A DNA stretch of 64,000 bases. Origin: Paraspadella gotoi (Eukaryota > Animalia > Chaetognatha). The stretch covers positions 8,068,772 through 8,132,771 of the forward strand of contig CM119265.1 of NCBI GenBank assembly GCA_051294375.1. The letters run 5' to 3'. This document shows, one piece after another, positions 13,048 through 26,820 of this stretch. A program made the translations under genes and the position numbers. Numbering within the stretch: the stretch's first letter is position 1; each line of letters starts with the position of its first letter. A model generated the notes under the pieces. The model was not told where the DNA came from, searched no databases, and saw only the letters and a program-made list of their open reading frames with translations.

Positions 13048-16000
13048 TAGGTAAATAGTATTTACAATAGATGCTGTATTGTATGCTTTTGAGGAGTGCA
13101 ACTAACGGATGTAAAATAGGTTTCTTTACATTGATAAGCAAAAAAGAAAAGTAACAAAGGCAGTTTTTTTTTAATAACGAAGGAAAGATTCTAGGCTGCA
13201 TTTAAAAAAAAATATTATACAAAGTATTAAACTTAACAAACAAAAATCATTACGTCCTAAGGTTGGTGACAAAGCTGCGGAGAGACTGTTATAGAAAACA
13301 TAAAAAATACTTCTTTTCGAGTGACACGCCGTTCTAAAATAAAATAAGTCTGCAACGCGTCATATTTTGAAAGAAAAGATAAAAACTGTAATGTTAAGGC
13401 GGAGAAGAGGATAGAAAGAAAGGGAGAAGAGGATAGAAAGAGAAAGGGAGAAGAGAATAGAAAGAAGGGAAGAGGGAGGAAAGAAAATAGTAGGTGAAAT
13501 AGCAAAATGGAACAAATGGAAAGGGAAACAATGAGGAGATCGAGTGTATTGAGTTATAAGGGGAAAGAATGATGATCGAGGGATTGTGTAATAGAAGAGG
13601 GCGTGGGGCGGAAGGGGAGTGGGGGGTGGCGGAAGAAGAGCGTTAGATTGTTGATTGCGGATGTAATGAGCGAAGGAAAAATCGTCTCAAGAACAATCAT
13701 ACATCGGACGCCGACAACACCATAGCGAGATTAATGAGAAAGTGGAGAGAAGAAGATGAGGGAGAAGAAAGAAGGAGAAAATGAAGAAGGAGACGAAGAA
13801 AATATAAAGGGGAAGGAGGAGGCATATAAAAAAAAAACATTGAAGTCTCTAGCGACCACGAGGACAAACACGATGAAGACGACAACCGAGCGAAAAATAA
13901 AAGACGACGACGATGAAGACGAAAAGTAATAAAAAAAAACGACGACGACGACGACGACGAAGACTCGGACGAAGAATAGGACTGACGAACGACGAAAACA
14001 ACAACCAGTACGACGCGATTCCTCCTCCGATTCCTTAATCGAGTCGCAATTGTGAAGAGATAGATTGCAGAGGGAATAGTGAGACCGCCANNNNNNNNNN
14101 NNNNNNNNNNNNNNNGGAGAGGAGAGAGAGACGAGAGATGACGAGCAGAGACGAGTGAGAGATGAGAGGAGACGAGGAGAGATGACGTGCGGAGAGAGAG
14201 GAAAGAGGAGTCTCTAGAGATGAGCAGAAGATGAGAGAGAAAGAGTTTGGGGAAAAATTATGAGCATTTCTCCAAAGGCAGCTGAGAAAGCTGCAGCGGG
14301 AGGGAAAAAATCATAGGAAGAGAAAAAAAGGAAAAAAAAAAAAAAAAAAAAACAAAACAAAAAAAAAAAAAAAAATAAGAGAAAGAAAAAAAAAAAAAAA
14401 AAGAGTAAAAAAGAGGAGGGAGGGAGGGGAAAGAAGAAGGAAAAGCAATTCTCCGCGCCATTGTTGTGCAATAAATAGAAACTAGACTCCAGCAGGACTC
14501 CGGTGCCAGGTTTCAGAAATGTATGGGTGCGGGGCGGGTGAGGAGAGATGATGGTGGGGTTAGAGGTGGTTTAAGCGTTAGAGTGGGGAGGTGGGAGGCG
14601 GATTGGGGGAGGAGAAAGAGTTGTATTGGCCGGACAAAATGCGAAAAGGGCGTCTGTAGACATTTTGAGGTCCGAAAGTTTGAAAAAAAGAAGAAAGTTT
14701 TGGTAGGTAAATAGTATTTACATAGATGCTGTATTGTATGCTTGAGGAGTGCAACTAACGGATTGTAAAATAGGTTTCTTTACATTGATAAGCAAAAAAG
14801 AAAAGTAACAAAGGCAGTTTTTTTTTTTTTTAATTAACGAAGGAAAGATTTCTAGGCTGCATTTAAAAAAATATTATACAAAGTATTAAACTTAACAAAC
14901 AAAAATCATTACGTCCTAAGGTTGGTGACAAAGCTGCGGAGAGACTGTTATAGAAAAACATAAAAAATACTTCTTTTTCGAGTGACACGCGTTCTAAAAT
15001 AAAATAAGTCTGCAACGCGTCATATTTTGAAAGAAAAGATAAAAACTGTAATGTTAATAGGGTAGAAGAGGGAGAAGAGGGAAGAAAGAAAGGGAGAAGA
15101 GAAGAGAAAGAAATAGAAAGAAGGGTAAGAGGGGAGGAAAGAAAATAGTAGTGAAAATAGCAAATGGAACAAATGGAAAGGGAAACAATGAGGAGATCGA
15201 GTGTATGAGTTATAAGGGAAGATGCAATGTGATCGAGGGATTGTGTAATGTAAAGAGGGCGTGGGGCGGAAAGGGGAGTGGGGGTGGCGGAAGAAGAGCG
15301 TTAGATTGTGTATTGCGGATGTAATGAGCGAAGGAAAATCGTCTCAAGACAAATCATACATCGGACGCCGACAACATATCAGCATAATGAGGAAAGTGGC
15401 GTGGAAGAGAGAGATTGAGGGAAGATAGAAGACAGAAGGGGAGAAAATGAAGAACGGAGACCAAGAACGAATATAACAAGGCGGAAAGGTAGCGAGAGCG
15501 ATATATAAAAAAAAACATTGAGTCTCAGACGACCCACCGGAGGACAAACACGATTGAGACGACAACCGAGCGAAAATATAAAGACGACGACGATGAAGAC
15601 GAAAAGATAATAATAAAAAAAAACGACGACGACGTACGAACGACCGAAAGACTCGGACGCTAAGAATAGGACTGACGCAATCGACGAAAAACCAACAATC
15701 GACGACCGGATTCCTCCTTCGATCCTTATATCGAGTCGCACATTGAAATAAATGCAGCAAGGAAATAACTCGCAACAGATTTCATCCAAACATAGAGGAA
15801 GAGAGATGCCGAGCGAGAGAGGACGAGAGAGAGGATAGCGATGACGAGAGAGAAGAGAGACGAGAAGAAGATGAGATGATACCGCATGCAGCGACGAGAG
15901 AGTAGCGAGAGGAGAGAGAGGAAAGTGGGAGAGGCGAATAAAAAATGTGGGGATGGTGGAGGCGGAGCGGCGGGTTAAATAGGAAGTAAGCGAACTGGAG

Positions 16001-16596
16001 CCGGTTATTTGGACCCGTGGCGGCGTTATTAATGACCGAGGGGTGAGAAAGGGATGGGCGAATCTTGTTTACTCGTGTACTGCTGAGGGAGTCCGCGAGG
16101 GATGAGAGAGAAGGAGAGACGAGATCCATGGAGCTGAGATCGAACGACGAGATACGGAGAGAGCTGCATCGGGAGACGACTGGATCGCGAGATGAGATCC
16201 CAGGAGAGACCTCGGACGAGAGCAGAGAGATTACCAAATACTTTCTTCTTTTTTCAAACTTTCGACCTCAAAATGTCTACAGACGCCCTTTTCGCTTTTG
16301 TCCGCCAATCAACTCTTTCTCCACCCAATCCCCTCCCACCTCCCACTCTAACGCTTAAACCACCTCTAACCCACCTCATCTCTCCTCACCCGCCCCTCAC
16401 CCACTTCTGAACCTGGCACCGGAGTCCTGCTGGAGTCTAGTTTCTATTTATTGCACAACAATGCGCCGAGAAATTGCTTTTCCTTCTCTTTCTCCTCCCC
16501 TCCTCTTTTTTACTCTTTTTTTTTTTCCTTTTTTTCTTTCCTATATTTTTTCCTCCCCTTCTCCTTTGGAGAAATTGCTCATAATTTTCCTCCAAA

Positions 16597-16600
<4 letters not shown>
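13048..16600. repeat. Direct duplication 13048-14090 / 14704-15780 and inverted duplication 14215-14704 / 16232-16600
   Basis: Both direct copies start TAGGTAAATAGTATTTACA around the 25-N gap at 14091. CTAGACTCCAGCAGGACTCCGG (~14482) is reverse-complemented at ~16419. Confidence 0.85.
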
Positions 16601-16637
<37 letters not shown>

Positions 16638-16658
16638 CTTCTCTCTCTCTCTCTTCTA

Positions 16659-16689
<31 letters not shown>

Positions 16690-18471
16690 GTTCCGTTCCC
16701 CTTTTTTTTCAGTTACCTCTCACGTTCCGAGTTTCTTTGTCCGTCTTTTTTTCCTTTTTCCTTTTCTCTCAACCCCTTCCTCTTTTCTCCTTCTTTCTCC
16801 TTTCCTCCCCTTTCCTTTCTACATATTTTTTTTCGGCTCAACTGTTTTCTCTATTTTAGTTCCTCCATCTTTTTTCTTTTCCTCCGCCTTTAAAGTGTAT
16901 CTTGAGAGGCTATTCTTTGCCGAGTTTCTTTTTTCTTTTTCTTTTTTTTTTTAAAGATTCCTTTTTTTCTTCTTTTTTTTCCTCTCGTTCTTTTTTCCCT
17001 TTAAAGCTGCAATATAATTTCTAAGACTAGATCTCCGGACAACGTAGATTCTTTTCCTTTAAATCGCGTTTCCGTAACCGTACAACTTTTGCCACTCAGT
17101 TACAAATGACCACGAATGTCACTCGTTCAATCCTTTTTTGTGTCATTTGGTCCAAAGTCAGAGGTCGAGAGACCTTCGTTATTTAATGAATGGATAAATT
17201 TCATATTGTCATTATCAAAGTTTCATTGTAACACAAAGACGACAGCAAAATTGTAATCTTTCGTCTCTTAAATCGAAAAATTCATTTTCAATTCGTTGCG
17301 TTCAACTTTCCATATTATTGTAACACCGTTTCTCTCACATACGCAGTGACTGACGCCCACCCCCTCAACCTTCACCATCATTGGCGCCGTTTTTTCCGGC
17401 ATTTCGCCGTAAACACGCCCCGTAGTATCGCTTCTTCTTTTTTTGTTCTCACGCGTTCGGCTCCTTCGGTATCTTTGGGTCGCGACGTCAGCGGCGGCGG
17501 CGGCGGTTGCGGCGGCGGTTGCGGCGGCGGCGGCGGCGAAAAGTGAGGAGCGGAGACCTCGAGGATTTTTTCGCTGACGTCACGGATTTTGTCGAATCCC
17601 ACCGCGAGACGCGAAACCTCACCTTTTCCTTCATCCCTTTTCTTTTTCGTTCCTCTATTTTAACATATAATATTCTATCTCTCCTCTTTCTTTTTTCTCG
17701 CTTTGTCATTTGCCGTTCCAGATGTTTACCTCCGTTTCTTTTATCTTCTTCTTTCCTTTCCTCTATATCTTTCGCGTTCCAGACTCGAAGGTTCTTCTTC
17801 ACTTTTATCCTTTGACTTTCTCTTCTTCTTTGCTTTAATCCTCTTTTTACTCTTGCCCCCTTCGTTGTACCAACCCGGGTCTCCCTCTTATCTTTTTTCC
17901 TTCCCTTTTTCTCTCCCACTCTAACTTTTCTTTTATTTTCCTTCTTTTAATCCATTGACTTACCAATACTCACACTTCCTTTCTCTTTACTCTTCCTTCT
18001 TCCCTATTTTATCCTTTCTTCCTAATCTTTCACACTCACACACTTTCTCGCCTTCCCATCTCATTTTTCTCCTCCCTCTCCCTCCTCTTCCCCCCTCTCT
18101 CTCTCTTCTCCCTCTCTTTTTCTTCCCATTATTTCGTCCGTTGTTGATCCGCCATTTCCATTTTTTAATCGAAATTGATTTGCGCGACCCGGAATGCCAC
18201 GCGTCGCTCCGCGCGACGAACGCGCGACACACGGAACGTGACGCGTGGCTTTTCCTCCTGCGTGCGGCGTGCGACCGAGTTTCGCTCATGGTCACGCGGG
18301 GCGGCCGTTGACCCGCTTTTGTTTGCGTGCTTGGTGAATCAGTGCTCGAAGCAATGCGCGCCAAGCATCAAGCGCCAAGCAGCGATCTCTCACGCGCATT
18401 TATTATCTCGTCGCCTTCTAGTTTTTTTTTTCTCTTGTCTTGTCATTTTATATTCCTTCTGTTCTTCCTCT

Positions 18472-18515
<44 letters not shown>

Positions 18516-18789
18516 TCTCTCTCTCTCTCTCTTCTCTCTCCTCTCTCTCTCTTCTGCCCCTCGCACTCTCTCCTCCCTGTCTCCACCTCGATTTTCTTAA
18601 AAATTCTTCCGCAGAGAAATGAATTTATATTTTTTTCCCTTTTTCTCTTTTTCTTTTCTTTTGTTTGGTTGCATATTAAATTTACGCGCATTGTTCCGCC
18701 GGCGGGTGGCCTTCCTCGTCTTCTTATTCCTTTCCCTTCCTGCCCCCTTCTCTTCTTCCTCCTCCTCCTCCTCCTCCTCCTCCTCCTCC

Positions 18790-19024
18790 GGGCTTCACGA
18801 CCCCCCGTCGATTTTGTGAGGCGAAATCCATCCTCATCAACGATTTCTCGGCGAAATGACGCCGCCTCTGCCGCCGCCGCCCCCGCTCTGTCGCAGCCGA
18901 CGCGGCGACCCCGCTGCGATCGATGCTGCAACGCGACGCCGCCTTTCCGCTTTCGTGGCGGCGACAGCAGCTGACGGCGGTGACCGCCTCGACGGTCTTC
19001 CCTCGTCTAAGTCGAGAAAGTCAG
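18790..19024 (+). CDS. Possible GC-rich exon
   Basis: GC-rich island open in more than one frame, ending at CAG|GT. No recognisable domain. Confidence 0.2.
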
Positions 19025-19374
19025 GTTTTTCTTTTCCTTTTTTTTTTACGATGAAATGAGAAAAATGGGAAAAATGAGTTTCTTCCCTTTTTTTAAGGGG
19101 GACGGTCAGCGGTGGTGTTGCCCAGTTGTTTTTCCTTCCACCCATTTTCCAAAACCAACGCCCTTTTTTGCGCTTCTACTTCTTTTCAAAAAAAAGTCAA
19201 AAGTCAAAAGACAAAAGTCACAAGTCTCAAGTAAAAAGTTGCTGCATAGTCTTTTGCGTCGCAGCAAAAAAAAANNNNNNNNNNNNNNNNNNNNNNNNNN
19301 NNNNNNNNNNNNNNNNNNNNNNNNNNNNNNNNNNNNNNNNNNNNNNNNNNNNNNNNNNNNNNNNNNNNNNNNNN

Positions 19375-19410
<36 letters not shown>

Positions 19411-20065
19411 CTTACTTATTGCTATGGTTCTCAAATTTTCAAAATTACACGAACATTTTTCTCAGTTTTTTTTACGTTTAGTTTCATTTCAATTATTCTA
19501 ATTAAAATATCCCCAGTTCCCATTGTCCTTTAAACTAAATTGAAAATCTTATTGAAAAATCCTGGACTTTTTCTATTCACATTGTATTTTGTATTGCTAT
19601 TTATTTCATTTCATCTATGAACGCAGATACCAAATACTCGCAATCCACAACATTGCATTTTTTAGGGCATGCGAGACTCGTAATCATTCTAATTGTGATA
19701 AATTGATTAGTACACGCATAATTGCAAATCTTAACTCCGTTAGCTACGATAGCTAAGATAAAGTCTCACCTTTTGAAGGTGAGAGAAGAAACAAGAATCA
19801 CAGATTCCTCTCTCTCTCTCTCTCCTCTCTCTTCTCTCTCCTCTCCTCTCCTCGTCTCTTTTCTCTCTCATCTCATCTCCTCGTCTCGTTTTTTCTCTCT
19901 TTTCTCTCTCCGTTCTCTTTCTCAGTCTCTTTCTCTCTCCTCTTTCTTTCCTCTCTCTTATTCTCTTCTCTCTTTCTCTTTCTCCTCTCTCTCTCTCTCC
20001 CTCGTTATCCTTCTCTCTACTCTCTCTTCCTCTTCTCTCTTGTCCGAGGTCGTCGTGGTTTTGTT

Positions 20066-20306
20066 GTGGGAAATTTTTTCCTCCAACGTCTGGTTCACGT
20101 GACTAAACTGGGAAAGAGTCTCAATAAATATGTCACCGACTCCGCCGACGGAAGATCGGACCGCCCCAGCCGCAGGCAGAAGCGGCAGAGGGGAGAAACT
20201 GTGACATCAGCAGCCACAGCAGCTGCGGAAGAATCAACAGCAGCCGCAGCAGCAGCGAATGGGCGAAGCCAGTGTCGCAGCCGAGTTCATTCCCTCGACG
20301 TCGAGC
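20066..20306 (+). CDS. Possible exon running into a gap
   Basis: Open frame GKSLNKYVTDSADGRSDRPSRRQKRQRGETVTSAATAAAEESTAAAAAANGRSQ..., following a pyrimidine tract. Confidence 0.3.
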
Positions 20307-21203
20307 NNNNNNNNNNNNNNNNNNNNNNNNNNNNNNNNNNNNNNNNNNNNNNNNNNNNNNNNNNNNNNNNNNNNNNNNNNNNNNNNNNNNNNNNNNNNNN
20401 NNNNNNNNNNNNNNNNNNNNNNNNNNNNNNNNNNNNNNNNNNNNNNNNNNNNNNNNNNNNNNNNNNNNNNNNNNNNNNNNNNNNNNNNNNNNNNNNNNNN
20501 NNNNNNNNNNNNNNNNNNNNNNNNNNNNNNNNNNNNNNNNNNNNNNNNNNNNNNNNNNNNNNNNNNNNNNNNNNNNNNNNNNNNNNNNNNNNNNNNNNNN
20601 NNNNNNNNNNNNNNNNNNNNNNNNNNNNNNNNNNNNNNNNNNNNNNNNNNNNNNNNNNNNNNNNNNNNNNNNNNNNNNNNNNNNNNNNNNNNNNNNNNNN
20701 NNNNNNNNNNNNNNNNNNNNNNNNNNNNNNNNNNNNNNNNNNNNNNNNNNNNNNNNNNNNNNNNNNNNNNNNNNNNNNNNNNNNNNNNNNNNNNNNNNNN
20801 NNNNNNNNNNNNNNNNNNNNNNNNNNNNNNNNNNNNNNNNNNNNNNNNNNNNNNNNNNNNNNNNNNNNNNNNNNNNNNNNNNNNNNNNNNNNNNNNNNNN
20901 NNNNNNNNNNNNNNNNNNNNNNNNNNNNNNNNNNNNNNNNNNNNNNNNNNNNNNNNNNNNNNNNNNNNNNNNNNNNNNNNNNNNNNNNNNNNNNNNNNNN
21001 NNNNNNNNCCCCTTGACACTCCAACCAAAGCTGCAGTCCTCCAAGTCCTCTTTATTTTCCCCATCCTCTATACCCTGCCCCTTCCTTCCTTAACCCTCCC
21101 ACCCAACTGAGCGACACCACCCCCCCTTTTTTTCCCTTAAATCGTCCTTCCGCCATCTTTATCGACGTTCTAAGATTTGCCCTTCGGCTTTTGCTCGTCG
21201 TTT

Positions 21204-21204
<1 letters not shown>

Positions 21205-21250
<46 letters not shown>
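21205..21250 (+). repeat. (GTC)n trinucleotide microsatellite
   Basis: About 15 perfect units. Confidence 0.9.
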
Positions 21251-21251
<1 letters not shown>

Positions 21252-21753
21252 GGCTCCCCGTCGATATCTGCAATCCTCGATATCTTCGTCGTCGAGATCG
21301 TCGTTTTCGTCGTCGTCATCGTCGTCAACCTTCACGTCGGCTTCGGTGATTTTATCGCCAAGACTTTTTCGAAATCCCGAATTCGGAAATTTCACCCGAA
21401 ATCCGAACGGAGAATTTTCGGAGAGTTTAATATTTTAATAAGTTTATGAATCTTAAATTAAAATCGTGAATCATCGAATCCCGCCTTTTAAAGTTTGGGC
21501 GAGTTTGCGAAGAAATTCGTTTCCATCAACATTCAGCTTTGTCTCTGGAAAAAGGAAACCATTTCAAGCGAAAACATTAGAAACCGTTAACTTACAAAAC
21601 GATTTTGAATGAATATTCGCTACTCAAATTATAAACGTGAGATTTTAAAATATTGTCAAAAAAGTTTCGGAAAGTCGATGTAACGAAAAATTGTTCCTTT
21701 ATACCACAGAAAATACCCGTCGATAAACGATCGCGCCATTTTATTTTGGCCAG

Positions 21754-21787
<34 letters not shown>

Positions 21788-22291
21788 NNNNNNNNNNNNN
21801 NNNNNNNNNNNNNNNNNNNNNNNNNNNNNNNNNNNNNNNNNNNNNNNNNNNNNNNNNNNNNNNNNNNNNNNNNNNNNNNNNNNNNNNNNNNNNNNNNNNN
21901 NNNNNNNNNNNNNNNNNNNNNNNNNNNNNNNNNNNNNNNNNNNNNCTCTTTTTAAGCCTTCGCTCTCCACTTTTTTTCCCCTTTTCCATTTTTTCCTCTC
22001 CCTATTCGAAGCCTTGATCCCCGAATGTGTTAGGTCTCCCTTTCAATTTTTTTGTTTATGGTCAACATAATTTTTTGGTCAAAGAATTCGAGATTCCGCC
22101 GACCTCAATCCACCCCGCCCCCCGCCCCTCTCCTCCCTTCTCCCTCTCACGCATGTCAGTTGCCCAACATCGACTAAAAACTTGCACAAAGAAGAAAATA
22201 ATAATTGCATTTCTTTCTTTCTTTCTTTCTGTTTTTGACATCAATTTCGGATTATGTGGCTTCAATCCTCAAACTTCGATATTCTTAAGGA

Positions 22292-22324
<33 letters not shown>

Positions 22325-24612
22325 NNNNNNNNNNNNNNNNNNNNNNNNNNNNNNNNNNNNNNNNNNNNNNNNNNNNNNNNNNNNNNNNNNNNNNNNNNNN
22401 NNNNNNNNNNNNNNNNNNNNNNNNNNNNNNNNNNNNNNNNNNNNNNNNNNNNNNNNNNNNNNNNNNNNNNNNNNNNNNNNNNNNNNNNNNNNNNNNNNNN
22501 NNNNNNNNNNNCTCTCTCTCTCTCTCTCTTTCTTTCTCTGAAGAAACTCTGGAGAACGAACCCAAAAACCATAGCGAACCAGGAGAATTTTTCATTCTTT
22601 ATCGTGAGATAATGACTTCGTTAAGATTCCCGATCAATTTATGGTCGAAAGTAGAGTTCATTACTGTAATTGTTTTGTTGTCGTTTTTTTTTTCTTCTGG
22701 TTCTTAAAAAAAACATTATTTACGTAAAATAAATATTTCTCTAATTTTTCTCGATATTAATCATTCGATTAAAACCGATTAAATTCCCCCGCATACCTAA
22801 TCANNNNNNNNNNNNNNNNNNNNNNNNNNNNNNNNNNNNNNNNNNNNNNNNNNNNNNNNNNNNNNNNNNNNNNNNNNNNNNNNNNNNNNNNNNNNNNNNN
22901 NNNNNNNNNNNNNNNNNNNNNNNNNNNNNNNNNNNNNNNNNNNNNNNNNNNNNNNNNNNNNNNNNNNNNNNNNNNNNNNNNNNNNNNNNNNNNNNNNNNN
23001 NNNNNNNNNNNNNNNNNNNNNNNNNNNNNNNNNNNNNNNNNNNNNNNNNNNNNNNNNNNNNNNNNNNNNNNNNNNNNNNNNNNNNNNNNNNNNNNNNNNN
23101 NNNNNNNNNNNNNNNNNNNNNNNNNNNNNNNNNNNNNNNNNNNNNNNNNNNNNNNNNNNNNNNNNNNNNNNNNNNNNNNNNNNNNNNNNNNNNNNNNNNN
23201 NNNNNNNNNNNNNNNNNNNNNNNNNNNNNNNNNNNNNNNNNNNNNNNNNNNNNNNNNNNNNNNNNNNNNNNNNNNNNNNNNNNNNNNNNNNNNNNNNNNN
23301 NNNNNNNNNNNNNNNNNNNNNNNNNNNNNNNNNNNNNNNNNNNNNNNNNNNNNNNNNNNNNNNNNNNNNNNNNNNNNNNNNNNNNNNNNNNNNNNNNNNN
23401 NNNNNNNNNNNNNNNNNNNNNNNNNNNNNNNNNNNNNNNNNNNNNNNNNNNNNNNNNNNNNNNNNNNNNNNNNNNNNNNNNNNNNNNNNNNNNNNNNNNN
23501 NNNNNNNNNNNNNNNNNNNNNNNNNNNNNNNNNNNNNNNNNNNNNNNNNNNNNNNNNNNNNNNNNNNNNNNNNNNNNNNNNNNNNNNNNNNNNNNNNNNN
23601 NNNNNNNNNNNNNNNNNNNNNNNNNNNNNNNNNNNNGTCAATGACGAAATGGAGCCAAGAGTTTCCATCCATTGGACGAATATTCATTGAAGCGACGGAT
23701 CTCATTCGGGCTTCTCTCCAACCGTCCCATAATGAAAAAAAAATAGGATGAGGTGAAAAAAGTCTTTATTACTAGTTTTCGAATTAATTTATTAATTATT
23801 TGGTTTCTTCTTTTGCCTCCTTCACAAGATTACAACTGCGAGAGTGTTTTGATTAACATTAACATTCACATATTGCTTTTTTTTTTGTTTTTCATTCTTT
23901 GAGGTGGATAATGATAATGATAACGACTTTTATTATGAAACAAAATTTCGGACATTTTTCGGTTTTAATGTAAACTTTCATCAGCGCAAAAGTGAAACAA
24001 AATTGTTTTACATTCATAAATTTGCACAATTGTATTGTATTGTATTTATTCATACAGCGGGTCCGAGGACCATGGGCCACAGTGGTTTTACAAAAACACA
24101 AAGCAGATAACAGAGATACAAGCAGTAATACAATAAGTATGACATCAGAAAATTTTATTTCCAGGAACTCAGTAAATTTAAGCAATGAATAAATTTTCCT
24201 AATAGAAAAACGGTCAATTCTACAAAAAAACAAAAAACTACACAGTTTCATATATTAACGGAACATTACTCCTTTGTTCCATAAATGTTGTTTTGTTTTT
24301 GTCTGAAATTTAATTTTCATTTTCTTTTCGCCATCTATCGTTCCATTGGCCCTAATAGATTCGTTGGCCTTTTGTTCGTCCGCCTCCTTCCGCTTTTTCT
24401 CTCTAAACCCTTTTCGTCGAAATTTAAAAAGAAAAAAAAAAAGAATTCAATTACTTAATTCTATCTGTAGAAATTGTTCGGTTCAATCGACATAATGAAA
24501 TGGACGTCGACGACGACGATGAAAAAGACGACGACGACGCCAACTGCGTACACGCGCAGTCGTGACGACTTCTCTCGCAACTGCAGAACTCTCTGGATGG
24601 GAGGAGAAGGAC

Positions 24613-24722
<110 letters not shown>

Positions 24723-25379
24723 GATCTGGCGTCAAGATTAAAAGCGTAAAACTTCAGGCTTCCCCCGTTGCTAAGAAACGCGATCCCTCGATGAATTGAC
24801 CGATTGAACCATAGATTTGGATCTGGAATCGAATTTGGACAGAAGCGCGAATAATAAAATTGGCGAGTCTAAAATGATTCCGTGAAAGCGGACAATCAAG
24901 CTCGTACCTACTTTAAACTCGGCTCAATCCTTTTACTGCTTTTGTTTGTTTTAGTTTCCGAGTTAAACTTGTTATTCTCGGTAAGAATATCAATTTAAAA
25001 ACGATATTTGATATTTGATATTTGATACTACTGATCTACGCAAATTAAAAAGTTATCACCTGAGAGGTAAACAGAGTTTGTTTGGCAAAAATAGTTTGCC
25101 AAATCTTTAAGAATCGCTTAAATCACTTACTGGGTTAAACTGATAAACCAAAACTCAGGGGTAATCGATGCAAACTCTCCTCAATCCAGTAACCAAACCC
25201 CATTCGATAATTCCCTACCCGAGCGAGTTGTACCTTCTCTTCTATTGGACTTTGTGACAGAAATACTTTCCCCCCCTACTCAACCCCCTTTCCACCTTCC
25301 CCGTCCAATCCACCTCCCTCCCCTTCTTCCTTCCTCGGCCGGCAACTTATCGCTTTGAATGAATACTACTGAGAATTTT

Positions 25380-25612
25380 CTAGGGATTGAGAGTCCGAGT
25401 GTACGACGACACCGAAATGTCCCATCGTCGATCCGACCAATAGGCGTTGAGCTCTCTCAGGCGATTAGCCAGTGACAACGTCGAATATTCCCTGTCTCCC
25501 GCGCGCGAAAACTTCGCTTCGGCTTTTGGGCTCCCGAGGGTAAAAACGAATTTCCGGATTTTCCGGCTCCAAAACATGGCTTCCATGGCAGTGGCCAATT
25601 CAGTCTGCAACA
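25380..25612 (-). CDS. Possible terminal exon, truncated by a gap
   Basis: High-complexity open frame LQTELATAMEAMFWSRKIRKFVFTLGSPKAEAKFSRAGDREYSTLSLANRLRELNAYWSDRRWDISVSSYTRTLNP*. Confidence 0.35.
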
Positions 25613-25998
25613 NNNNNNNNNNNNNNNNNNNNNNNNNNNNNNNNNNNNNNNNNNNNNNNNNNNNNNNNNNNNNNNNNNNNNNNNNNNNNNNNNNNNNNNN
25701 NNNNNNNNNNNNNNNNNNNNNNNNNNNNNNNNNNNNNNNNNNNNNNNNNNNNNNNNNNNNNNNNNNNNNNNNNNNNNNNNNNNNNNNNNNNNNNNNNNNN
25801 NNNNNNNNNNNNNNNNNNNNNNNNNNNNNNNNNNNNNNNNNNNNNNNNNNNNNNNNNNNNNNNNNNNNNNNNNNNNNNNNNNNNNNNNNNNNNNNCAGCC
25901 TTCTTCCGCGTTTATTGACCGAGAACACAAGGGGAAAAGGGGGCAAAGCGGATCCACCCATTAATTTGCAATCTCGCCCGATCGAAGTCGAGCCAAAG

Positions 25999-26300
25999 CT
26001 TTTACCCAACACCAAATATTGGATTGGGTCGTACGCCTTGGCCCAACCCCAAATTTTTTCATTGGCTCACAATTTCTTTGTTCCAACCCCAAATGTTGAC
26101 TTTGGCCTTCCCCAAATGTTGACTTGGGCTTACCCCAAATATTGGATTATACACTATACAGTAAAGGGAAATATTGAATTTGGTCAAAAGCCATGACCCA
26201 TAGCCAAACATCGAATTGCGTCGAACGCTTTGACTCAACCCCAAATATTACTTTGGGTTGGACGCTTTTGCCCAACCCCAGTCTAAAGCATGGGCCAAAA
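25999..26300. repeat. Degenerate minisatellite with CCCAACCCCAAATATT core
   Basis: About 7-8 occurrences of (CCAA)CCCCAAATRTT..TTGG(G) at 24-40 bp spacing, internally quasi-palindromic. Confidence 0.6.
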
Positions 26301-26820
26301 ACTTCGTTTTGAGATTAAAGTCAGGATATAAATTATATCAAAAGAGCTAATGTTTATGTATTCATACACTTTATAAACTATGTAATACTATTCAATTCTC
26401 AATACTTATTGTAAAATGAAACGTAAAGTCATCTGAGTTTTAAATCATCTTAGCTTAGTTCGATCTTTCATCCTTTTTTTTTTTTTTTTTTTTNNNNNNN
26501 NNNNNNNNNNNNNNNNNNNNNNNNNNNNNNNNNNNNNNNNNNNNNNNNNNNNNNNNNNNNNNNNNNNNNNNNNNNNNNNNNNNNNNNNNNNNNNNNNNNN
26601 NNNNNNNNNNNNNNNNNNNNNNNNNNNNNNNNNNNNNNNNNNNNNNNNNNNNNNNNNNNNNNNNNNNNNNNNNNNNNNNNNNNNNNNNNNNNNNNNNNNN
26701 NNNNNNNCTCTCTCTCTCTCTCTCTCTCTGTCTCCTTCTCTCGTTCTCTGTCTCACTTTGTCCCTTTTGTTTTCCCTTCTCCTCTTATTCCCATTNNNNN
26801 NNNNNNNNNNNNNNNNNNNN

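Larger units (their letters stand above)
4740..13048. repeat. Inverted duplication 4740-7447 / 10540-13048 (likely artefact)
   Basis: For example GATTCGACAAGGTTACGTC at ~7413 is reverse-complemented at ~10558, and GAGGGTCGTGGATAACCCG at ~4754 at ~12998. Confidence 0.85.

Noticed and set aside
25999-26300. CRISPR-like repeat/spacer pattern
   Set aside because: Repeats are degenerate, spacing is irregular, the context is eukaryotic and no cas genes are present.
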